A DNA stretch of 64,000 nt from Lama glama (taxonomy: Eukaryota), in assembly GCA_028534125.1 (NCBI GenBank), contig CM052817.1:11348001-11412000 (forward strand). The letters run 5' to 3'. Positions within the stretch are counted from its first letter, which is position 1. Every line of letters begins with the position of its first letter. Below, piece after piece: positions 53,599-64,000 of this stretch. Position numbers and translations under genes: made by a program. The notes below the pieces were generated by a model. That model was not told where the DNA came from and searched no databases. It was given only the letters and a program-made list of their open reading frames with translations.

Positions 53599-54710
53599 TG
53601 TGGTAGCCAGTTTCAAGATGGTCCTCAGCGATTCCCACTCCCACCTCCTGGTTTCATACTGCTGTGTAGTCCCTTCCACGAGTATCAGGGGTCGTTTGTG
53701 TGATTAATCATAGAATACTGCAGAAGTGTATGTCACTTCCAAGATAAGGTTATAAAAAAATGTGGTTTCTACCCTGGATACTTTGAACATTGGTGCTCGC
53801 TGTCATCTCCCTCCCTCTACCACTCTGTCCTGTCTCTTTTTCTCTCATCACTCACTCTGGAGGAAGTCATACTGTGAGTTGTCACTAAGAGGAGGCTCAC
53901 AAGGCAAGGAACTGAGGTCTCTCGCAAACAGTCAAATGAGTAAACCTGGAAGAAGATGCTCTAGATCAACCGAATCCCAAATGACTGCAACCCTAGCTGA
54001 CTGCTTGACTTCAGACAAGTGAGAAACTGAGCCAGAAACATCCGGCTGAGTCACTCTCAGATTCCTGGTTCAGAGAAAATGTGAGATAGAAAGTGTTTGT
54101 TGTTTTAAATTGCTTAATTTAGGGGATAATTTGTCAAGTAGTAATAAATAAATAATACAGACTTTGGTACACATTAGTGAGATGCTACTGGAATAAAAAC
54201 CTAGTATGTAGGTGTGGCTTTACAACCAGGCAGTAAGCTTTGAGGAGAGTGTTAATGTAAGCCTGAAGTCCTCTGAAGAAGCAGATTAATAGAAGCCTTT
54301 TGGTCTTTGATAAGGATGCAGGGTGAGGATTTGTAGGAAAATGAGGTAAATGTTATTGGAAAGTGGAGGAAAAAAATACTTATGTAGTGTCAGGAAGTTT
54401 TATAACACTGTTGTCCGTAGTGACCTGGAAAACAAAAATTAGCCTAATGAATTGGGTGCTCTATCTAGGGAAATTTCTAAGTGAAGTGTTGAGTCTCTTC
54501 TTACTAATTATAGTAAAATGGGAGAAGAGAGAAATATACTAATAGAAGGACTATTCAACAAAAAGAAACCAGGTCTTGATTGTTTTGAAAACTTTCAGTC
54601 TGTACAGATAGGAACTGATGTTTTAAAATTAAGAAAGAGTGAGCAAAGACCAACTCAGGAGGACAGTCAGGAAAATATGCTTCAGAAATCTGATGGATTT
54701 TCTTCAAATT
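53599..54710 (+). mobile_element. MaLR (MLT1) 5' LTR (53599-54159) plus internal segment
   Basis: LTR TGtggtagccag...aaggaactgagg...tgttgttttaa...aataataCA, followed by MaLR internal start gactttggtac...gtggcttt. Confidence 0.75.
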
Positions 54711-54849
54711 TAACTCTGTTAATAACGATATAGGTAAAATGTGAATTTTTTACTTTAATTTTAGGGTTTTTTTTTTTTTTTTTTTTTTGGTTTGGGGATG
54801 TCACTCCATTAAGTAAAAGAACTATGGTATTAACCAAATGCTTTCCAGG

Positions 54850-57800
54850 AAGTGTCTTTAAAAATATTGGCTAAATTTTAGTGAAAAGAACAAACTATAT
54901 GGCATTTTAAATTGCTCTATTCCCATCTTCCCTCCCCAGTTCTGAAGTAGCCTACCCCAATACACACACAGCCCCTAAACAAAGACTGAGAATCTCACAG
55001 TTCTAGACATTTAAGGAAATCTCTGTTCAATCATTAGTTGGCCACTAAGCTAATAGCAGAAATGTCAGTGGCCACACAATACAAAGAATACTGACTTCAC
55101 TGAGTTAGTTCACAAAAGTCACTAACCAAAGAACAAAAATAACAGTAAGAACACAAAGCAGTGACAACAAATCCTGAGGAGGGGAACAGTCTGATTTCCA
55201 CAGCTGTTACATTGCATTATATTAAATACCCACTTTTTTAAAAAAAAATTATGATAAATACAAACTAGAAAATTATGGACCATACACAGCAAGAAAAAAG
55301 TCAATAGAGAGTGTCTCTGAGGAAGTCCAAGTATTGGGCTAACTAAACAAAAACTTTAAATGAACCATTTTAAATATGTTCAAAGAACTAAAGGAAACCA
55401 TGTACAAAGGAAGAAAGGCATGCATCAGTGGAATATCTCACCAAATATAAATAAATAGAACTTTAAAAAAAAAGAAACAAATAGATATTCTGGAGTTGAG
55501 AAGTACACTAAAATGCAAAATTCATTAGATGGATAAATAGCAGATTTGAACTGGCAGAAAAAAGAATGAGTGAACTTGAAGACAGGCCAACTGAAATTAC
55601 CCAGTCTGGGGAGAAGAAGGGCAGAAAGGAGGAAGGAAAGGAAAGGGGGAAAAAAAAAAGGAAAAGAAAAGAAAGAAAGAAAGAAAGATGAATAGAACCT
55701 CAGAGACCTGTGGGACACCACTGAATGTAAGAAGATTCATAAATGGTAGTCCCAAAAGGAGAGAAGAGAATGAGGCACAAAGAATATATGAAAAATGATG
55801 GTTTGACAGTGTCATAAATGTGATGAAAAACATTTACCTATAAACCCAAGAAGCTCAACAATCTTCTGGTAGGATAAATTCAAAGAGAGCAACATCTAGA
55901 TACATTTGGTTTCTTTGGTCAGAAACCAAAGAAAAACAGTAATCTTGAAAGCAGCAAGAGAAGAAAAATCAACTAATTACATATAATGGATCCTCAATGA
56001 GATTTGCAATCAACATCACATCAGAAATCATAAAGGCCAGAAGAGAGTGGGATGACATATTCAAGAAACTGAAAGAAAAAGACTGACAACCAACAATTCT
56101 CTATTTAGAAAATATATTCAGAATTCTACATTTAGAGTTGGTCTTTGCTCGCCCTTTTCTCTTAAAAAAAAAAAAGAGGTGAAAATTTAGATATTCCCAG
56201 ATCAACAAAAACTGAAAATCTGTCATTATCAGGCCCGACCTAATGAAACGAAGCTAGAGAGTAACTCAAATAAGCACCAGTAAATTAAATAGTTAAAATA
56301 CAGTATAAATGTATTTTTTTATAATTTTTGTCTGTAATTTCTTTCCTCTCACCTTAGTAGGTAGCTGCATAAAACAATGATCACAAATCCATCTCAGTGC
56401 AAACGTGTATAAAAATATAACATAGAGGACAATAACAGCACACAGGAAGAGAGATGGAATGGAGCCACATGGGATCAAAGTTTTTGTAGACTAACGAAAT
56501 TAAGTAGTTATTAATCTGAACTAGACTGTTGCCTACTAAGATGTTAATTACAACCCCCAGGGCAACCACTAAGAAAGTAACTGAAAAAATACAGTAAAAA
56601 AAAGTAATTGAAACGATAAACTACAAAATATCTATCTAACACAAAAGAAGGTAATAATAGAGACAGAAAACAACAAAAAGAAATAATACCTTGAAAATGA
56701 ATAGTAAAATGCCAAATGTAGATCCTACCTTATAAGTGATTACATTAGATGTAAATAGAAAGGCAGAGAATGACAAAATAAATTAAAAAGAGTAATCCAA
56801 CTATATGTTGTAAAAAGAGACACTTTAAATTCAAAGATACAAATAAGTTGAAAGAAAAAGAATGAAAAAAGACATTATACAAATAGTAACCAACAGAATG
56901 CTTACGCGGCTATACTAAAACCAGACAAAATCTGTTCTAAGACAGAGTTCATCACTAGAAACAGAGAAGGTCATCTTATAATGATAAAGGTTCAATCTAC
57001 TAAGAAGACACAATAATTAAAAATATAAATATATATACATACATCTAACAAAAGCCCCAAAATACATGAAGAAAACACTAAGAAAAATAAAGGGGGAAAC
57101 AGAATATTCAATAATAGCTGGAGACTTCAATAAACCATTTCCAATAATGAAAAGAAAAGCTAGACATTAGATAAGAAAGTAGAAGCCTTCGACAACACTA
57201 TAAATCAACTAGATCTAACAGACATATATATAATTGCACTCTACATCAAAACAGCAGAAAATATACTTTTGCCAAGTATATATGGAAACTTTCCAAAAGA
57301 GACCCCATATTAAGCCACAGAACAAGTTTCAATCAATTTAAAAAGATTAAAAACATACAAAGTATTCAAAGAAATGAAACAAGAGATCAGTAACAAAATA
57401 AAATTTAAGAAAATCACAAATGTGAGAATAAAAAAACATACTCACAAACATATAATGAATAAAAGTCAAGGTTACAAATAATATTAGAATATACTAAAGA
57501 CTGAATGAAAAGGAAAACAACATACCAAAAGGTATGTGATGCAGCTAAAGCAGTGCTTAGAGAGCAATTTATAGTGGTAAACATATATATTAAAAAAAGT
57601 TCAAACTCAATAACCCAATAACCTAACCTTCCACCTTAAGGGAAAATGAACTGAAAACTCAATCCAAAGCAAGCATAAAGAATAAAATAAATGATAAGTG
57701 TTAGACAAGGAAAAAAAAGATAGATACCAGAAAGACAACAGAGAAGGTTGATTAAACCAAAAGTTGGTTCTTTGAAAAAATAAAAAACTTTGACCAAGAA

Positions 57801-60800
57801 AAAAACCCAAAGATTTAAGTGTTGTAAAATCAGAAATGGAAAAGACATCACCAATAACCTTAAAGAAGCACAAAATACAATAAATAAAAATACTACCAAA
57901 AAAAAGCCATATATCAACAAATTAGATATCCTAGATGAAATGGCCAAATTCTTAGAAAGACACAAACTATCAAACTTGCTCAAGAAGTAATAGGAAATCT
58001 GAAGACCTACAAGCAGACTATAATTAGTAACCAAAAATCCTACCACAAAGAAAAGCCCAGAGACAGATTTACTGGTGAATTCTATTAGACAACTAAGAAG
58101 AAATAAAACCAATCCTTCACAAACTCCAAAAAGAGAGATGAGGAAGGGACATTTCCCTGCTCATTCTATGAGGGCAATATTAGCCTGATATCAAAACCAA
58201 AGAAATCAACTGGAGGGAAAAAAAAAACCCTACAAAACCAAATGGAACCGTCTATTATGAATAGACAGAAGTCCAGTTGACCCTTGAACAACATGGCTTT
58301 GAGCTGTGCAGGTTCACTTATATGTGGATTTTTGTCCATTAGTAAATACTACAGTACTACATAATTCCCAGTTGGTTGAATCTGTGGATGTGGAACCACA
58401 TATACAGAGGGTTGACGTTAAGTTATACCCGGATTTTCAACTGCACAAAGGGTTAGCCACTATCTCCTGCACTGTTCAAGGGTCAACTCTATCAAGTAGA
58501 ATCCAGCAACACATGAAAAAGATTATATATCAAGACCAAGTGGGATTTATCCCAAGAATGCAAGGTTACTTCAATACGTGAGGCAATATAACATAACATA
58601 TTAATAAAGGACAAAGCCACATAATAATCTCCATAGATGCAGAAAAGCACTTGACAAAATCCAACACCTTTTCATGATAAAAACACTGAACAAGCCACGA
58701 ATAGAAGGAAACTACCTCAGTCTAAGAAATGGTATCTGTACAAATTCCACAGATAACATCACATGTAATAGCAAAAGACTGAAAGTTTTACCCCTAAGAT
58801 CAGAACAAGACAAGGATATATGCTCTCACCACTTCCATTCAACATGTATTAGAGGTTCTAGTCAGCACAATTGGGCAAGAAAAACAAATAAAAGCCATTT
58901 GGATTGAAAAAGTAAAAGTGAAACTCTCCTTATAGATAACATAATGCTGTGTAAAGAAATGTCTAAGGAATCCACATACAAAATATTTTAGAACTAGTAA
59001 GTTCAGAAAGGTTACAGCATGCTGTATCAATATACAAAAATCAATTTTATTTCTATACAATGGCACTGAACAATTCCAAAATGAAATAATTAAGAAAATA
59101 ATTCCATTTACAACAGCATCACAAAGAATAAAATACTTCTAGGAATAAGTTTAACAAAACATAAAGATAACAATTATTCATAAATAAATAGAAATACATC
59201 CAGCATTCATGAACTGGAAGATTTAATATTGTTAACATGATAATAATCCCCAAATTGATCAACAGATTCCACACAATCCCTATCAAAATCCTAGCTGGCA
59301 TTTTTGTAGAAATTGGCAAGCTGATTCTAAAATGCACATGGAAATGTAAGGAATCTAGAATAGTCATAATAATCCTGAAAACAGAAGAACTAAATTGGAG
59401 GAGTAGCAATTCCTGATTGTTAACAAAAACTTACTATAAAGTATAATAATTAATCTAGGCGTTAATGACATAAGGACAGATATACAAATCATTACAGTAG
59501 AACTGAGCCCCAAGACAGATCCTTACACCTATAGTCAATCTATTTTTGATGAGAGTACCAAGAAAATTCAATGGGGAAATGAATTGTCTTTTCAACAAAC
59601 TGTGCTGGGACAATTGGATATTTACATGCAAAATAATGGAGCTGGACCTCTACCTCATACCATATAAAATAATTAGCTCAAAATGGATCCTATGAATATA
59701 GAAGCTAAAACTATAAAAATCTAAAAGAAAAGATAATTGTAAATCTTTATGACCTTAGATTAAGGCAATGATTTCTTGGATTTGACACTAAATCACAAGA
59801 AACAAAAGGAAAAACAGATATAACGGACTTGATCAAAATTTAAAACTTCCGTGCTTCAAAAGGATACTATCAAGAAGTGAAGACAGTCCACAGAAAAAAA
59901 GCAAATATTTATAAATCACATGTGTGATAGGGGTCTACTGTACACAGTATACAAAGAACTCCTACAACTCAACAATAAAAAGACAAATGACCAATTAAAA
60001 GTTAGCAAATGATTTAGTAGACGTTTCTGCAAAGAAGATATTGCTAATGGCCAGTTAGCACATGAAAAGATGATAAATATCATTAGTCATTAGGGAAACG
60101 AAAATCAAAACCACAACGAGATATTATTTCATACCAGGAGGAGAGTATAATAAAAAAAAATGCACATAACAAGTGCTAGTGAAGACATGGAGAAATTTAA
60201 ACTCTCATACACTGCTGGTGAGAATACAAAATGGTGTAGCCATTTTGGAAAATGCATTTTGAAAACACATTAAAAAATTTAAACACAGAATTACCATATG
60301 ACCCAGCAAATTCCACATCCTGGTATATAACTAAGAAAACTGAAAACATATGTCTAATCAAAATGTTTATGGATGTTCACAGCAGCATTATTCATAATAG
60401 CCAAAAAGTGAAAACAACCCAAATAAACATTAACTGGTGACTGTATAAAATAAAATGTGGTATATCCAAACAATAGAGTATTATTCAACCATAAAAAGGA
60501 ACGAAGAACCAATGCACGTTACAAGAAAAACAAACCTCAAAAACATGCTAAACGAAGGCTGCACAGTATGATTCCATTTATATGAAATGTCTAAAACAGG
60601 TAAATCTATGGAAACGAAAAGCAGATTAGTAGTTGCCAGAGCCTGGATAAGGGCAGGAGAATGATGAGGAGTGAGTGCTAATCTAGTAATGACATTCTTT
60701 CTAGGGTGAAGAAAATGTTCTGGAATCAGATAGTGATGATGGTTACAAAACTTGGTGAATGCATATACTAAAACCCACTGAATTTAAATACTTTAAAAAA

Positions 60801-60850
60801 GTGAATTTTATAGTATATGAATTATATCTCAATTTTTAAAAAAAGAAAAA
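54850..60850 (+). mobile_element. Near-full-length degraded old L1 (L1MB/MC-type)
   Basis: ORF1-like remnants at about 55300-56200. ORF2 remnants include KLDILDEMAKFLERHKL (57790..57990) and RIQQHMKKIIYQDQVGFIPRMQGYFN (RT). L1M 3' UTR ends tatgaattatatctcaat followed by an A-rich tail. Confidence 0.9.
58274..58489 (+). mobile_element. Tigger2-derived MITE inserted in L1 ORF2
   Basis: TIRs cagttgacccttgaaca / tgttcaagggtcaactc. Internal sequence similar to the copy at 51835. Confidence 0.9.
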
Positions 60851-60859
60851 TAAGAAGAA

Positions 60860-61370
60860 AGGATAACCTAGAGAGTGGAACCCTAGAGCCCAGAGGGCAG
60901 ATTGAAGAGTCATAAAAAATTATTCCCAGGCCTTAAGATTTAATCAGTTAGCTTCCAACATTTGCCCAGCTGGATTTCAGAACTGTTATGAAACACTGAC
61001 ACCTGTGTGCATCCTACTTCTCCATTTTTGAACAGAAGTGTTTATGACGGTTATTCTACGCTTGTCCTAACATAGTATGCTGGATTCATGCGGGAAAGTA
61101 ATTTATCTTCTTACTTTTAAAGGTCTACAGATCAAGAGAAACTGTACTTAAAGTGTTGAACTTAAGGAACTATACCAAAGAAATTCATTTGTACCTGGAA
61201 CTGAGTTAGATAACAAGAATGTTGGCTTTTGAGATGATACTGTACTAAGACTTCTGGAGGTCTTGGGCAGGAGTGAGTGCATTTTGCATATAGGAGAGAT
61301 GTGAATCACCAGTGACCAACGGATTCCAACTTCCTTGTATTCACTCTTTGTTTATTATTCTCCCACATTG
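60860..61370 (+). mobile_element. MaLR internal 3' part and 3' LTR remnant (continuation of the 53599 element)
   Basis: tattcccaggccttaa...tttgcccagctggatttcagaactgttatg...gagtgcattttgcata...atgtgaatc, then ttccaacttccttgtattcac similar to the LTR start. Confidence 0.6.
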
Positions 61371-61754
61371 ATAGGTAGCATATAATGCTACTATTTACTT
61401 AGAGAAATCGTTGCTCTTAGGATTGATTTAGGAATGGGTTGTTTCAATTAGAGATTGTCAATGTGGAAAATATAAGTCATTAATTCAATAAAAATTATAA
61501 AGGCCAGGATGGTGATGTTTTTGTTATCTTCTTTTTCTCCATCTCCATTTCTCTTCTCTCCATGTTTGATATGCATTAGCAACAATTAACATGTATTAAC
61601 AACAACACTGAAATAGCATTTTATAAAATATAAAGAACTCTGACATACATTGATATCACTGAATGACAAATATCATATTAGTGCAGATAACAATATAAAA
61701 TAAAGAAGGAAAGGAAAGTTCTATTTATGGTGTACAGTTCTTTCCCATGCCTTT

Positions 61755-63060
61755 TATTTTTCCCCAAATATTTTATTTCTAAAATTTTCAATCTACAGAA
61801 GAGTTGAAAGAGCACAATGTACTTTCACAAAATTTTATCTCTATAGTTTCAATAACTGTTGACATTTTGTGTCATTTGATTGACATATACACCCTTACAC
61901 ACACACATTATTTATGGGTGAAACATTTGAAAGTTGCAGATATCATGAAGCTTTAACTCTCCTTCAGTAGTTAAAGAATAAAGAATAAAATAAAGAACAA
62001 AATTGAGCTGAGAATAAAGAACAAAAACATTATCATATATAACTATAATGCCACTGACCCTTTCAAAACTTTCAATGTAAACAATACTGTCCCCAACTTT
62101 CTCCATTATCTCCTTTACAGCTTTTTCATCATCAATCTCAGGTTGCAATCTAGGATTACATATTGTATTTGATTGTCATGTTTTCTACGTCTCTCCTCCT
62201 GCTCCCTACACCCTTCCCCCACTTTTTTTGGTTTGTTCATTTTTTAACTTCCATGCCATTTATTTTGTAGCATACCCATGATTTAGATTAGCTCTCTTAT
62301 GATTTAGGTTCAGGTTAATAATTTGACAGGAATAGTACATTGGTGATACGCTTCCTTGGTGTATCATACCAGTTTGTTCCAGTATTAGTGATGCTGTTGG
62401 GATCACTTGCTTTAAGCTGGCATCCAACAAGTATTTCCATTGTAGAGTTACATTTTCTCCTTTGTAATTAGTGATCTGTGGGTTAATACTTTAATGTGTA
62501 CTTACTCAACAGTTTTAGCACCAATTGATACTACATTAGTGGCTACAAAACAGTAATTTTGTTAATTCCATCCTCATTCTCTGTTTTTCAGTAGCATTCT
62601 TGAAGAAAAAGAAATGCCTTCTCTTCTGTGATGCTCACCTTTTATTTATTTTTTGTTTGTTATTATCACTATGAACTCAGGTTTCTTGTTATCCAATGTT
62701 ATCTATGCCATCGTTATTCATTTTAATGCACAAATTATTCCGTATTTAGCCAGTGGAAACCCTTTCATGTTGGTCTTTGCATCTTTTTGCTGTATCTTCT
62801 GCTTTTTTAGCATAAAAAAAAATTTCACGTCCACCTTCTACTTTTCCTAACTTGGAATCAATCAGTATTCCAAATATTCTATTTCCAAATATCCTATTTT
62901 CCCTTCTTGTGGTAGGGACCGCTATCTAGGCATCAAGGACTGGATGATATAAGTGTGGTTATTGCTAGTGTGGTGTCACTGCTTCTAGAATCTTAAAATA
63001 GGCAACGCAAATAAATGTTAAATATATATTTAAATCATGAGTTCATACTGCTACCTCTAC
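61755..63060 (-). mobile_element. Old L1 (L1MC-type) 3' fragments
   Basis: ttttatttctaaaattttcaatctacagaagagttgaaag, tgaaagttgcagatatcatg, tattagtgatgct...gatcacttg. Confidence 0.6.
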
Positions 63061-63081
63061 TACCACAGGGTTCTTCTTTTT

Positions 63082-63829
63082 TGGTTTTTTTTGTTTGTTT
63101 TTAAGGTTTATATTTATTTATTTTTTAAAACATTTTTTATTGATTTATAATCATTTTACAATGGTCAAATTCCAGTGTAGAGCACAATTTTCAGCTATAC
63201 GTGAATATACATATAGTCATTGTCACATTTTTTTTTTTTGCTGTGAGCTACCACAAGATCTTGTACATACTTCCCTGTGCTATACAGTATAATCTTATTT
63301 ATCTATTCTACATTCTGAAATCCCAGTCTGTTCCTTCCCACTCCCTGCCCCCTTGGAAACCACGTTTGTATTCTCTCTATGAGTCTGTTTCTGTTTTGTA
63401 TTTATGGTTTTTTGGGTTTTTTTTGTTTTTTTAGATTCCACATATGAGCGGTCTCATATGGTATTTTTCTTTCTCTTTCTGGCTTACTTCATTTAAGAAT
63501 AACATTCTCCAGGAACATTCATGTTGCTGCAAATGGCATTATGCTGTTGGTTTTTATGGTTGAATAGTATTCCATTGTATAAATATACCACCTCTTCTTT
63601 ATCCAGTCATCTGTTGATGGACATTTAGGCTGTTTCCATGTCTTGGCTATTGTAAACAGTGCTGCTATGAACATTAGGGTGCAGCTGTCTTTTTGAAGTA
63701 GGGTTCCTTCTGGATATACGCCCAGGAGTGGGATTACTGGGTCCTACATTAAGTCTATTCCTAGTCTTTTGAGTTATCTCCATACTGTTTTCTACAGTGG
63801 CTGCACCAAACTGCATTCCCACCAGCAGT
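63082..63829 (-). mobile_element. Young 5'-truncated lineage-specific L1
   Basis: ORF2 C-terminus plus 3' UTR plus patterned A tail. Perfect 19-bp TSD ccacagggttcttcttttt (63063-63081, 63830-63848). Confidence 0.92.
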
Positions 63830-64000
63830 CCACAGGGTTCTTCTTTTTCTTACCCCATTCCATATTTTTATCCCCTTCTCTTACAGTAAAAAGTCATAAA
63901 ATTACTATACCAATATCATTACTAAAAAATGTTTATCCTTAAAATATATCCCCCTGAGAGTACAGAGTACTATATTAGTTATTTGAATTAATTTTTCCTA

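Noticed and set aside
57607..60440. ORFs with L1 ORF2/RT similarity as an active element
   Set aside because: Fragmented by many stops, frameshifts and a MITE insertion.
1..64000. Prokaryotic systems (CRISPR arrays, operons, defence islands)
   Set aside because: The sequence is intron-rich mammalian DNA with no regularly spaced repeat-spacer array or operon structure.

Overview
This is mammalian genomic DNA, not prokaryotic. It is probably camelid, inferred from the youngest L1 3' end and from seeing no Alu, Bov-tA, PRE1 or Can-type SINEs. The window covers the tail-to-tail NCAPG/LCORL body-size locus. The + strand carries the last two coding exons of NCAPG (136-205, 1138-1261). The - strand carries the 3' half of LCORL. 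Two shared exons hold CtBP-binding motifs (49891-50142, 32039-32132). A proximal last exon encodes the pipsqueak-HTH isoform (29670-30702). An intact 4.8 kb exon encodes the PRC2-binding PALI2 isoform (19206-24025), and a distal last exon starts at 3763. The most interesting result is a frame-switching splicing arrangement: a candidate 40-nt microexon (18493-18532) plus the distal last exon, which can be read in all three frames to give ACYK*, a 59-aa tail, or HATSEN*. Other notable items are a GC/CpG-rich patch inside the AT-rich PALI2 exon, a YCAY cluster on the HTH-exon acceptor, a tailless 5'-half tRNA-Ser retrocopy beside a U6 retrocopy, and nested transposons. Repeat boundaries and subfamily names were judged by eye and are approximate.
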